Below, one piece after another: positions 50,425-63,351 of a stretch of 64,000 bases of DNA. The position numbers were made by a program, and so were the translations under genes. The DNA comes from Isurus oxyrinchus (lineage: Eukaryota): the NCBI GenBank assembly GCA_026770705.1, contig JANJGN010000012.1, forward strand, positions 108,624,001 through 108,688,000. The letters are read 5' to 3'. Under the pieces are notes generated by a model. It ran no database searches, had not been told where the DNA came from, and was given only the letters and a program-made list of their open reading frames with translations. The stretch's first letter is position 1. Every line of letters starts with the position of its first letter.

Positions 50425-52164
50425 CTGGAATATTAGAAAACTTTCATTTAACAAATGTGCAGGTGTTGCTTATTTAGAAATTAAAATGAAATAAAATGTC
50501 ATCTGTTTGCTTGGTGTGCGTTAATTGCTGTTGAAAACTGTTAAACTACTTCAGATCTAATTAAGATGTTCCAGTAATGTTCACTTCATGATATACTCAA
50601 TCTGGAAGTTTTAATTCAAACATTTTTAAAGTCTCAGCAAATAAAAATCAACGGCTGACTTTCTGGTGCTACAACCATGCTGTTAAAGTAACGCAATCAA
50701 AATGACTTACTGCGGGGCAGGTAAATTGAGATGTGTTTTTTCAATTGAGATTTAAAGTAGCATCTGAAATTCAGGTTGAATTAGATTTTAATTTCCGGCA
50801 AATTGATTTGATTTTTAAATACAAGCTAATAGGGTAGAACTTGAAAAGCATTCGCTTTATTTTTGTATTTTAAACCTACAAATAAACCAATATGTCAAAT
50901 GTTTTGCTACACGCCACAACAGTGTAATAAAAAACATTCCTCATTCTCACCTAAAGCCAGGAATTTACAAGCACCCATTAATCTACAAACTTCTTTAACC
51001 AACAGCAATGAATCATTTGACTTTAGAATATGGCAGTTAGGCCTTGTAGTCTTAAAACACATACGAATGTAAACACAAATCCAGCATATCAGCAGAACAA
51101 TATATTTGTGTTACATGGTAAACATCATGGGCAACAGTCCCCTGCTGGCAGATTTGAAGATTGGCTGTGAGGTGGTGGTACACATAAGATACAGCGGGCG
51201 GTCCTAAGCCCAATAGAGGACCCCCAAAAGGTCCCAGAAAGAAAAAACAGTTTGGACCAGTTGAAGCCTGAACTGGCTTGAACTGGCATCAATTAGTTCA
51301 CAACTGGTCTCAATTGGATGGTAATGGAAGCATGAGGTGTAATGAGGTGGCAATTCTACTGGACTCTGGAAATTCAGTAGGGGTTTTCAATTGGTGACCA
51401 GTAGAGGCACCAGCTTAAGCTTGTATTGTACCCGTTTTCAATTTTACAAGTGACCATATGCTTCTCCCCCATCCCTCTTTATTCCCTCTGCGCCCCCTCT
51501 TCCCAAAGGCCCTACCTCGCACAACCCCCCACCCCATTCCCCCCTCCTCATTCCCCCCTCCTTGCTCTCCACGCCAGCCCCCTACTCTCCCCCACCACTA
51601 CACCCTTTTCACTACCCCTCCTCACTATCCATACGACATAGGAGCAGAAGTAGGCCATTCAGCCCATCGAGTCTGTTCTGCCATTCAATGAGATCATGGC
51701 TGATCTGATAATCCTCAATTCCACTTTCGTGCCTTTTCCCCATAATCCTTGATTCCATTACCGATTAAAAATCTGTCTCTCAGCTTTGAATATACCCCCC
51801 TTCCTCACTAGCTCCCTCCTCACTACACCCCTACTCTCCCCTCTGCCGCCACACTCTGACCCCTCCTCACTCCTACCAGCCCCCCAACCAGAGATCGTCA
51901 CTAAGGGCCAGCCAGAAACCGGAAGTGACGTTTCCGGCCGACTGACCCATGTACAAATTTGAAATGCGCGTGGGAACAGTGAGGACCGTTGGAGCAAGGT
52001 GAATTCTAGGGAGGTTCGGTGTGGGGTGAGAGAGTTCAGCAGCAGTAGTGGGGAGAGGTGGTCAAGAATTTGGGTAGGGAGAAGAGAGAGAAAACAAACG
52101 AATGAGAACGAACATCGGAGAAATGTTGGCCCCGGAATTCAACAACATGGAAGGGCCCCAGGCC

Positions 52165-52380
52165 TGGAGAGAGTTTGGAGACTGGAGGGAGGAAGGGAGA
52201 GAGTTTGGAGGTTGAAGGGAGGGAGGGAGAATGTTTGGAGGCTGGAGGGAGGGAGGGAGAGGGTTTGGAGACTGGAGAGCGGAAAAGAGAGAGTTTGGAG
52301 GTTGGAGGGAGTGAGGGAGAGTGTTTGGAGGCTGGAGGGAGGGAGGGGGCAGAGAGCTCTCCGAGGGTTGGAGGTTAGCT
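52165..52380. repeat. 30-bp G-rich minisatellite (~6 units)
   Basis: ggagagagtttggagactggagggaggaag repeated; explains the ERVWRLEGGR repeat ORF. Confidence 0.9.
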
Positions 52381-52606
52381 GAGAGGAGATACAGCCTGCA
52401 ATGCCCAAGAAAGGATGTTCATCATCACTGCCCTGGAAGAGGTAGCCATGGAAATTGCAAGGGTAGCCCCATAGGAACAAGTCAAGGAAGGAGAGATGGG
52501 CATTCTTGGTGGAGAGAGTAAAAAGATATTACAATCTGTAGATGGGCTGGGCAGGGGAACAGTTGGGGAATGTGTAACGTATTGAAAATTACTTTGTGCG
52601 CTTATG

Positions 52607-53096
52607 GGACAGAATTTTGCCATCATCGGGCAGGCGTGGTGGGCGGGCCCGGGAGTGACCGGGAAACCGACCGCTGCCCCGAGCACAATTACCAGCCAGC
52701 CAGCGTGAAGCGTGTGCTGCAGTGCCCTGCGCTGCCTGGGTGGGGGTGGGGGGAGCACGAGCACTGAAGTTCACACATGAGCGCAGGGCACGCAGTAAAA
52801 GCTCCCTCAGGCATAGGGCTGCCTCAGGGAGCTGAAGATTTTTATCAACAAAAATGAACATTTTTAAAATAATGAAAACATGTCCCCTCATGTGACTCTG
52901 AGCAGGGTAACGTTGAACATGAGCGCAAAAAGTTTCTATTTTTTTTTAAATCACTTAAAACTCTTATGCGTGCCCACCAACTGAAATATCGTGCGAGTGC
53001 GTGATGACACGGGGCACTCGCCCAAAGTCATCACACGTCATTTTACCCTCAAGCATATCGGACAGATGCCCACATGCTGAGCAAAAAATTCTGGCC
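52607..53096. mobile_element. Harbinger MITE
   Basis: TIR ggacagaatttt / aaaattctggcc; TSD ATG. Confidence 0.85.
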
Positions 53097-53155
53097 ATGG
53101 TTACCATACCCATATACCAGCACAGGGAGTCTAGAAAGAGAATAAAGGAATCCAT

Positions 53156-53752
53156 GGGCTGAATCTTAACTATGTCGGGCAGGCTGGGCGGGAGTGGACA
53201 CGGAGCAGATTGCTGCCTGCGATCAGCTGCGTGCCACCATTTTATGTAGGTGGGCCAATTAAGGCCTGCCCAGCGTAACGTACAGCAGGTAGCATTCAGC
53301 GCTACCTGTGTGGGCAGGGGGAGCAGGGAGAGAGTCGGGGCCTGTGCTCTTTCGCAATGTGTGCAAATGAACGCAGCAATCTCCCTGAGGCACGGAGCTG
53401 CTTCAGGGAGATTAAATTGATAATGAACTAAAAAATTATTTAAACATGTCACAGTGAGCTGGAACATACTTGTGCATTTTGCAAAATTTATTTATTTATT
53501 TTATTAAACCTTCAGGAAACCTTACCCGCCATGGCTGAGGTTTTCTTGAAAATTGCGAAGGCCACTTGGGCTCTTCGCCTGCCCGTCAACCTTAATGTTG
53601 GATGGGCAGCACTGTTAACAACGTCAATTACTTTTTTAATGGCCTTAATCGGCCTTTGATCGCTCGGTCTGCCTCTGGTGTGCACCCACTGCCTCCAGTG
53701 CACACCCGCCAAATGCAATATCGAAATGGCATGTGATGACATCGGGACGCAA
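53156..53752. mobile_element. Harbinger MITE, right end missing
   Basis: gggctgaatctt start; shared internal blocks (ctccctgaggcacggagctgcttcagggag). Confidence 0.7.
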
Positions 53753-55370
53753 GAGGCACTCTAGCTTGGGATTAGCAACAGGAAAGCCTGTAGTGTATAT
53801 ACATACACTGATATTACCAAAATAACCATTCAATCAAAAAAATAATAATCTTAGATCATTACAGAGAAGTTTTTCTTTGAAATGAACCCAATCCCAGAAC
53901 CTTAATCATGCACTATCACTGCCTTGCTGATCAATATGGTCTATACCTATCCAGAAAAGAAAAACAGTTCAGACCAGTACTCTCATTTTCCAGTTTTTAC
54001 TGGTGTTCCATTTTAAGGTATACAAGACCAGTTTGGACCAGTATGTTTATTTCCCAGTTTTCACTGTTTTTTCCTTCTGAGTGATCGACCACCTTTCGAT
54101 GTGCATTCGAAGCCATCTTCTGTATTCTTATACTGGCAAATGTGACTCCAATATTTCAAAGGTGAGATGGCAGGTTTCACAATCACAGGTGACAAACATG
54201 CTCAGGTACCTCCATCTCTGGTGGTACACCCTATGCCGAGGGTATGACTTCTGTTGCCTTCCTGCCTCTCATCCCTCTCCCCTGCTCTCCTCATGCTCAG
54301 GGCTTGGCCTCTGCCACTGAGGATCTTAATCCATATCACCACAAGACACACGGTTGGAGAACCATAACCCAACACCAGCCGTTGCCTTAATTATGCTCAT
54401 CTGCACTCACAATAATGTCTGGAAACCTTATCCCATCTACTTATGCCTCCATGATGCCAGGAAGATGACTACCCCATCCACTGCCTGAGCAGGTGCAGAC
54501 CATTCTCTCCTCAACCTCTATATATCTGATGGCACCTGTATGCCCATGGCTGAGTGCCCATCTCAGCTGTACTGCTTTTCATGGGCTCAACTAATATAAT
54601 AGTGTAGCCATGATTGGCTCCCAGCTGTGTTCTTGCCCCCATGCGCCTGATCCAATGTGCAAGCTGTGGACCCTCACCAAAATCCCAAACCTGGCCCTTA
54701 ACAAGCGGACAATGAGCTCGTTAACAGGATTGATTGGCCTCATTCCAAATTGGATGGGTTCACGGGCCTGCCTTCCCCCATCCTGAGGAATGAATGGACA
54801 TACCATCCGACAAAGCTATTTTCAGCGTCCAGCTGCCTCCAATCCCTCCCTTTGTGCAACTTAAAAATCTTGTCCTGAGACAGGAAGGCACAAAGATGGA
54901 AAGGGACACAGAAGGAGAAACAAAAGGGCAGATGGAAAAGGTCACAGGCCCAAAATGTTAACACAGGAACACAGCTGTTTTTGAGGAGGAATGGAGGTGC
55001 TGAAAGACTGGTAGCTGAAAAGAGGGATAGAGAGGAAATCATCTCGTGATGGATGGATGGATAAAAAGAAAGACTCCCCTTATGAGGAGGGGAAGAGATA
55101 GAGAAAGGAAAATCCTATTCGAGGGAGAAGGGAAAAGAATTCCTCTTCTGGGTGGAAACAGAGATGGAAGTATGTTTTGTTGAAATATAAAGTGAGAAAA
55201 AAATAAAGGGAGTGCGAACAAAGAAGAGAGAAGATAAATTGTGAGTGAGATAGAAAGGTATAAAAAGAGAGAAACAAAGAAAGATGAAAAAAGATAGAAA
55301 AGAGAGACAGAGACATGGCTGCTCTGTTGAATACAGTTGCAGTGGGAATGAAACAAACTTATGCTTAGAG

Positions 55371-57140
55371 CAGGTTTGTCCAATGTACAGTCCACAGGCC
55401 GGATGCAGCCCATAAAGCCCTTCTATGTGGTCCCCAGAACCAGTTTCTAAATTTCAGGTCAAAGAGGTGAGTTTCAATGGATGATCCTGCATGGAGCTGC
55501 TCCTCCAATGACAGACTGCTTCTCTCCTGTATTTGCTGTGCATAGGGTCAGTAGTGGAATGCCTTTTGGATGCCATGGAGGCTCGTGCAATATATTCTAC
55601 CTCTGCTCTGGCTGCAGGTTGGGCAGCGGCGTGACCAACCAGGGTTCAGAGGCGGTGACAGTGCCAATGCTGCACAGAAGAGGTTGGCCATGCAATTGAG
55701 ATAGGAGATGAATGATCTCATCCATTCAACCAGGGTATAGCAACCATCTCATCACTCTAAACTCACAGACTCACAAGCCCATCACACATTCACTGACGTC
55801 TCACTCAATGCCAGCTCAAGGGACATCACCACTCAGTCTCTCACAGACACCCTCACATCTCCATCTGGCCTCATCTCCTCTGGAGACTGCCTCCTCAGCC
55901 CTCTTTATCTTGAGGCCATTTGCAGAGATCAACATGTGCCCCCACACCCACCTTGGGTTACCCTCCTTCCCCAGTACAGCCCTCATCCAGCAGCCTCTTC
56001 CTTTGCCTGAGGCCACTTCTCTCCCTTCACTAAGCAAGCTCTAGTCCTGCAGCCATTGAAAAGCCACCCACATATGGCTGATCTGGCGGGTAGAGACTTG
56101 CAGTGAGCACCCCCTAAAAGTGATGTGGTGCTGTCTGTGAAGGCTGGCACTGATGACTGCGAGTCATCAGCATGATGACATGCTGATCGAAGCAAGGTCG
56201 GCAAACAAACCTTGTTTCTGAGCGAAGTGCACGCCGCTTATGTGCTGTTGTGAAACACGTCGGCGCTCCAGCAGGGGTGGGGGGAGAGGGGGGGGAGCGA
56301 TTCCAGCAGGTTGGCCAAATAAAGATATGCTGACGTATAACAATAAAGTTCCCGACGTCCGATGATGGAAAAAGTGACCCGCCATCGGTGGGCTGAGCGG
56401 ATAATCGCAAACTGCCTTCACGCCATCATGAAACTGATCACGCCATATTGTCAGCTCATGCACGCCCGAGACCGGCAGGCACTGAAAATCCTGGCCTGAG
56501 TGCAGGGGTGGGGGGAGTGCGAGAGACTGGGTGTGTGGGTTGTGGGGGCGAGGGAGGGAAATGCGAGAGACTGAGTGTTCGGGGGCGGGGGGGGGGGGAG
56601 TGTGAGATGCTGAGTTTATGGGCAGGAGTGCAACACAGTGTGTGCGTGTGTGTGCGTGTGCATGGAGGGCAGGGGAAGTGAGAGAAATCGAGTGTGTTGG
56701 GGGGGGGAGGGGAAAGCTGGCTGGTGGAGTGCGAGTCTGCCTTGTACCCAGTCTCGGGTTTCTTATTCACTCTCATCACCACACACCAACTCATAGACAT
56801 GTACCCAATCACAGTGGGTGAGGGTGAGTGAGTGAGCACCCCGAGACTGGGAGTGAGCCGGGCACACACACTCTGACCCTCTCACACTCTGGACATTTTA
56901 TTAATTACTCTTTTTTAAATTATCAATTTATTTCTATGGCATAGCTGTACTTTTGCTCAGCAATTGTTTCTTTCCTTAAAACCTCAGCTTTTTCTAAAAT
57001 TCAGTTCTTGTTGCTCCAAAGCTTATCTTTCTGAAATTTGTTCATCAGGCCCTTGAATAAGAAAAATATGCAAATGTTCCCCCCCAGCCAACCCCCCCAT
57101 CCCCCACCCCACCCCCAAGCGAAAAGGTTGGAAAAGCCTG
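55371..57140. mobile_element. Non-autonomous hAT (Charlie-type) element with nested Myb-Harbinger derivative (~55520-56496)
   Basis: TIR caggtttgtccaa / ttggaaaagcctg; perfect 8-bp TSD GCTTAGAG (55363-55370, 57141-57148). Nested part is homologous to 37990-38900. Confidence 0.85.
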
Positions 57141-57524
57141 GCTTAGAGCTTAGGGCTCAGAGGGTCTATGTTATAAAAATGTTCAACTTCTGTTTAAGCA
57201 TGAGGGATAACATGACAATCCAGTAATATTCAAATAAAACAAATTCTGGATAGAGAAATGTACCAAAAGATTTGTTTATCAGTCTCTGAAGAGATTCACT
57301 TTTATAATTCTGTCAAGAAGAGGCATAACAACAATAATTACTGTATTGTCTTTGATAGAGAAATATTTTGAACGTCCTGTTCCATCAATCTTTATTTTTA
57401 ATTTAATGCTTTTAATCTCAGGAAAAAAAAATTTGAAATGTAAATTAACTTCAACTATAATGTTCTGAGGCAATCGCTATGATAAAGCAATGGTATTGTG
57501 ATGTTCAGAATAAATATAACTTAC

Positions 57525-57667
57525 TGTCTCTTCGGCATGGCCACCTTTAATGGTCATATATGATATTTTATAATGCTGAACATTGGCACTTGGATGATCC
57601 CAGCTGATTTGGAGGCTAGTTGGTGTCTTGGCCTCTATGAGAAGGTTTGACGGAGGATTTCTGGAAA
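57525..57667 (-). CDS. COL14A1: FACIT collagen (COL14A1-like) exon, FN3 first half
   Basis: Acceptor tttgttgtgttag, donor GTAAGT; 143 nt, phase 1->0. Encodes SRNPPSNLLIEAKTPTSLQISWDHPSANVQHYKISYMTIKGGHAEET. Paralog (XIV vs XX/XII) uncertain. Confidence 0.85.
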
Positions 57668-58004
57668 CTAACACAACAAACAGTGTAGAGCAATAAATTA
57701 AAAACAATTCGTAAACTGAAGGCAACATTTGCATCATAATATTTTTATGTTAATTTTTTTCCCAAATTTCATGGAGCTGATTTCACAGTTGAGTTGTCAA
57801 CCGAGGGTTAAAAAACAATTCATAGCAACAATCTGAACTACATGCTATTCTTATTTAAAATTCACATTTATATTTTATCCTATGCCCAAGATATTAAGAG
57901 GTTATATGTTGAAGCATCGTATGATATGGCCATATATCACACTTATGATTTTGATCATTTATGCATACCTTCATCACTTGTACGAACATATGTACATACA
58001 AGCT

Positions 58005-61000
58005 TACAAATTAAGAGCAGGAGCAGGTCATTCAGCCCCTCAAGCCTGCTGCACCGTTTGGTAAGATCATGGCTGATCTGATTGTGGTCTCAACTCCACT
58101 CTTCCGCCTGTCCCCTATACTCTTTGACTCACTTGTCAATTAAGAATTTATCCAACTCATCCTTAAAATATTCAATGACCCTGCCTCAACTGCTCAGTGA
58201 AGAACAGAATTCCACAGACTAATGACCATCTGAGAGAAAAAAATTCTCCTCATCTCTGTCTAAAGGGGAGGCTCCGTATTCTTAAACTGTGTCCCCCAGA
58301 TCTAGTCTCTCCCACAAGAGCAAACATCCTCTCAGCATCCACCCTGTCAAGTCCCTTCAGGATCTTATATGTTTCAATAAGATCACCTCTCGTTCTTATA
58401 AATTCCAATGGATACTGGCTCAACCTGTCCAACCTTTCTTCATAAGATAGCCCTTTCATCCCAGGAATCAACTGAATGAACCTTCTCTGAACTGCTTCAA
58501 TACTATTATATCATTTCTCAAGGAGAACAAACCAGCCCACAGTACACCATGTGTGGTCTCAACAATGCCCTATACAATTGTAGTACAACTTCCCTACCTT
58601 TATATTCCATTCCCCTTATAACAAAAAACAACATTCCATTTGCCTTCCTAATCACTTGTTGTACCTGCATACTAGAGATGTTGTGCTTCATGTACCTGGA
58701 TACCCAGATCCCTCTGTAACACAAAGTTCTGCAATCTTTCTCCATTTAAATAATACACTGCTTTTCTATTCTTCCTGCCAAAGTGGAAAAGTTCACATTT
58801 TCCCACAGAATACTCCATCGAATTCTTTGTTCACTCACTTAACCTATCTAAATTCCTTTGTAGACCCTTTATGTCCTCCTCACAATTTACTTTCCTGACT
58901 ATTCATCAGCATCATCAGCAAATTTAACAACCATACATTCGGTCCCTTCACCAATTCATTTATGGTAATTGTGAATAGTTGAGGCCCAACATTGATCTCA
59001 AAAATGACCCAACTCTCTGTTTTCTGTTAGCCAACGAATCCTTTGCTTGATAAATATGTTACCCCCCCCCCCCCCCCCAAACCAGACCATGAGCTCTTAT
59101 TTTGTGTAGTAACCTTTAATGTGGCGCCTTATCAAATGCCTTTTGGGAATCTAAGTACATCATATCTCCAGGCTCCCCTTTATATATGCTACTTGTTACT
59201 TCCTCAAATGACTCTAATAAAATAATTAAACACAATTTCCCTTTCACAAAACCATGTTGGCTCTGCCTGATTGCATTAAGAATTTCTAAGTTCCCTGCTA
59301 TACCCTCCTTAATTATAGATTCTAGCATTTTCCTTATGACAGATGTTAGGCTAACTGTCCTGTAGTTACTGGGTTTCTGTCTTCCTCCTTTTTTGAACAG
59401 AGGAGTTACTTTTGCTATTTTCTAATCTGATGAGACCTTTCCAAAATCAAGGGAATGTTGGAAAACTACAAGTAGTGCACCTGCCATCTCCAAAGTCACT
59501 TCTCTTAGGACCCTAGAATGAAATCCATGTGACTTGTCAGTCTTTAGTTCTAATAGAGTTCTCAGTACCCTTTTCCTGGTAATTGTAATGATTTTAAATT
59601 TCTCCCTCCCTTTCACTTCTTGATCTAAAAGTATTTCTGGGATGTTATTTGTGTCTTCTACAGTGAAGACAGATACAACATATCTATTAAAAATTTTCGC
59701 CATTTCCTTATTTTCCATTATTATTTCCCCAGACTCACTCTCTAGAGGACCCATGCTCCTTTAAGCTACTCTTTTCCTTTTTAATACTTGTAGAAACTCT
59801 TACTATCTATTTGTATATTTCTAGCTAGCTTTCTCTTTTAGTCATTCTTTGATTTTTCTGACAGTCTTCTGACCAACCACTAATCTTTGCAGGATTGTAC
59901 GCTTTTTCATTCAATTTGATACCATCTTTAACTTAGTTAGCCATGGATGGTAAATTTGTCTCCTAGTCTTTCCTTCTCACTGGAATGTATTATTGCTGAA
60001 CATTATGAAACATCTCCTTAAATTTCTACTGACCTACCCCCTAACCTATTTCCCCAGTTTAGCCAGCTCCGTCTTCATACCCTTATAATTGCCTTAATTT
60101 TGCTTTAAAACACAAGTCTTAGATCCACTCTTCTCTTCCTCAAACTGAAAGTGAAATTCAATCATATTATGATCACTGTTACCTAGAGGCTCCTTTACTA
60201 TGAGGTCATTAATAAATCCTGCCTCATTGCACATTACCAGGTCTAGAATTGTCTGCCCACTGGTTAGCTCTAGAATGTGCTGCTCTAAGATATTGTTCCA
60301 TAAACACAATTAACTCACCTTCCAGGCTGCCTTCGCCTATCTGATTTGTCCAATTTATATATGTAGATTAAAATCACCCATGATAATAGCAGTGCCCCTC
60401 TGAGAACCCCCCATTATTTATTCCTGCATACCCCATCCTAAAGTGCTGTTACTGTTAGGAAGTCTATAAACTACTCCCACATTTGGCTTCTTCCCTTTGC
60501 TATTTCTTATCTCTACCCAAACTGATTCTACATCTTGATCTTTAGAACTAATGTCATCTTTAATTAACAAAGCATCCCCACCAATTTTTCCTAGCTTCCT
60601 GTCCTTCCAACATATCAAGTACTCTTGAATATTCAGGTCCTAGCATTGGTCAACCTGCAGCCATTTCTCTGTAGTGGCTATTGGATCATATATATTTATT
60701 TCTATTTGAGCTGAAAATTCATCTGATTTGTTACAAATGCTATGGGTGTTCAGATGCAGGGGCTTTAGTTCTAGATTTTTAATTTTTGTGCAAGCTCTGG
60801 CCTTATCTGTTGTCAGATCCTTAAGTTTGTACTCTCTGTCCCTTCCTGCCAGGCTCTGATTGTCATTACCCTAACTGCTGCCTTGCTATCTCACCTCGTC
60901 TTTTTTCTTTAATTTACAAACCTTTCCTCATATGGTCCCTCATCCCCACTATTTAGTTTAAAGCCTTCTCCACTCGCCAGAACATCGGTCCCAGCATGGT

Positions 61001-61180
61001 TCAGGTGCAATGACCTATGAATCGAAACTCATTTCTCCCACGCCAATCTTTGAGCCACGAATTCAACTCCCTAATCTTATTTACCCTATGCCAATTTGCT
61101 CATGGCTCAGGGAATAAACCAGAGATTATTACTTTTGAGGTTCTGCTTTTTAATTTATCCCCTAGCTGTTCATACTCCCT
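58005..61180 (-). mobile_element. Long CR1 LINE
   Basis: ESVWVEIRN..VGVVYR, LDLVMCN..SDHNMIEF, QHGFVKGK, QKAFDK, YEERLDRL. Confidence 0.93.
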
Positions 61181-62311
61181 GTTTGTTATGAAATCAGCTC
61201 TGATGCAATTTAGGTGTTATATCCATATCCCATATATGCTGTATCCTATGGCTTACTGCCTTGTATTTTTCTGTTATGTGAGCAATAATACACATACAGC
61301 AAAATAACTTAGCAACAGAAGAAATCCACAATTTATAGCTTTACGTGTTATTTTGAACCCACTTTAAAGTGAATTTCAAAGTCAGTTTATTTATATCAAA
61401 AAAATCAAACTAACACAAATTTATTAGCATTAACATTAATGGCTTTCTGTTTTCTACTAAATGTCTGTATTTAATTTTTAGGTGTTAGAGGAGCAGGGGA
61501 GATAAACATAAGTGCTTGGGTCTAGAGCAGGTTTTCTACCCACATTAGGTTTAGTATACTCAGAGGCAACACAAAAGCCACTCTACTATTGGCCAATCAT
61601 ATGCTAAAATTTCAACATAATTTTGACTATCCCATAATTCGTTTAATTTCCAACAGCAGCAATCATTATGACATCTCCAATTAAGAATGCCATTTTTTGT
61701 CAAAGTAAAGATAGTTTTACTGCTCATTAATCAATTTGGTGTCTGACACTCCAGTTAAGAGTCTCCAAAACTACTGAGGAATCCATACAGGATGTGTTCC
61801 TGAATGCCTGATCTGAACGTCACGCTCTCAGAAGCACAAGTCCCATTTACCTAAATTCAGGCAGTTTAGCAATAGCCGATGGTTAGGGGCCTCCAGGTGT
61901 ACCCTGGGGCATTCCTGCAGGTAAGCCAGATAAACCCACGCAACTTTCTAGCACGAAGAACTGCTTTTTAAAAATCAGGAACATTTTCCTATTGTTTTCT
62001 AATGTTTGTGTTCATCAAGGGCGAAGATGGATACTGTGTAAATGGACTTCCAGAAGCCAACTGATAAGGTTCCACATGAGAGATTATTTGCAAATTTAGG
62101 CCTACAAGAATGTTTTCCACTTGACCCACTTCCTGCCACCCCTAGAAATCCACCAAGGGTTAAAATCAACACCAATATATTAATAAGTCAAAAAATACAG
62201 AAATCTGATGATGAACTTGGGGATGCCAACTTGAAAATTCTGATGAACAATTCTGATGAACAATGATTGGACCTGTCAATCAGGATATTTTAAAATTCTT
62301 TCAGTAACAAA

Positions 62312-63351
62312 GGGCTGAATTTTCCTGAGTGGGTCACAATCACAATTCGGGGATGAATTCTGAATCAGGAACCAGGATTAGGCATGATCTACCCTGAGGC
62401 AGCCAAATAAGAACCTGTGTTCAGCAGCCCCAGCCAACTAAGGATGGTGATCGGATTCCGATCATTGGGAGGGCAAACGAGCACCTCCTGTGGGTAAGGC
62501 TGTTGGCTGCCTTTGCGGTGTCGGTGATGGTTGCCCATCAACAGGAGTGGCACCAGACCATGAGGGCATATTAAGTGGCAAGGAGGTGGCTGCCATTGAA
62601 ACAAGACAAGCAATGTTGCAGCCAACAGTCTCCATGAAGTGGCTGCAAGGGCAGCCCTGCTGTTTAAGGGCAGATCCCCTTTGAAAAATAAATTTAAATC
62701 CTCAAGTGAGTTGCAGTCGGACCTCCCAGTGCACAAGCCCCTCCAATCCATTTTCAGACTCCTGGCACAATGCGGGTCCTGTGCACAGTTGGGAAAATCT
62801 CCTTTGGCCTGGAAAATTGCAGGTAAGTGGTTCATTATCATCTTAATATAAAAGCAAAAAACTGTGGATGCTGGAAATCCAAAACAGAAACAAAAATACC
62901 TGGAAAAACTCAGCAGGTCTGACAGCATCTGTGGAGAGGAATACAGTTAACTTTTCAAGTCCATATGACTCTTCAACAGAAGTAAGGAAAAATAGAAAAG
63001 AGGTGAAAAATAGGCTGATTTAAGGGTGCTACCTGTCCCATCCCCCCCTTAAACCAGCTTATATTTCACCTCTTTTCTATTTTTCCTTACTTCTGTTGAA
63101 GAGTCATACGGGCTCAAAACGTTAACTGCATTCCTCTCCGCAGATGCTGTCAGACCTGCTGAGTTTTTCCATTATCATCTTAAGCTGGATCCAGCTGCTG
63201 CCAGGCAAGTTGCCTTGAACCCGTCAGTCTGCTTCAGGGAAAAGTGCTCAAAGGTGGGAACCTTTGGGGAGCTGACCCACCACACACCTTCCAAATTTGC
63301 TTGCGCCCTCATCTCCAAAGCCACATTCACAGGCCTGGGAAAATTCAGCCC
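62312..63351. mobile_element. Harbinger MITE hosting a Penelope-derived inverted pair
   Basis: TIR gggctgaatttttcc / gggaaaattcagccc; TSD AAA. Confidence 0.85.
62847..63169. mobile_element. Inverted pair of Penelope pLTR-derived units
   Basis: 14-bp TSD CATTATCATCTTAA; two oppositely oriented copies, each with a hammerhead-like motif. Confidence 0.78.

Noticed and set aside
51999-52382. Repeat protein ORF (ERVWRLEGGR)n or CRISPR-like array
   Set aside because: Simple tandem minisatellite with no unique spacers, in a vertebrate intron.
57279-57473. Extra collagen exon (64-aa ORF next to the real exon)
   Set aside because: No FN3 consensus; exon 57525-57667 already joins 50298-50424 in phase to complete the domain.
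57661-57662. Alternative acceptor tttccag for the first exon
   Set aside because: Would give phase 2, inconsistent with the phase-1 FN3 boundaries.
61521-61545. hAT end (gtctagag + cagg)
   Set aside because: No matching second TIR or TSD found.
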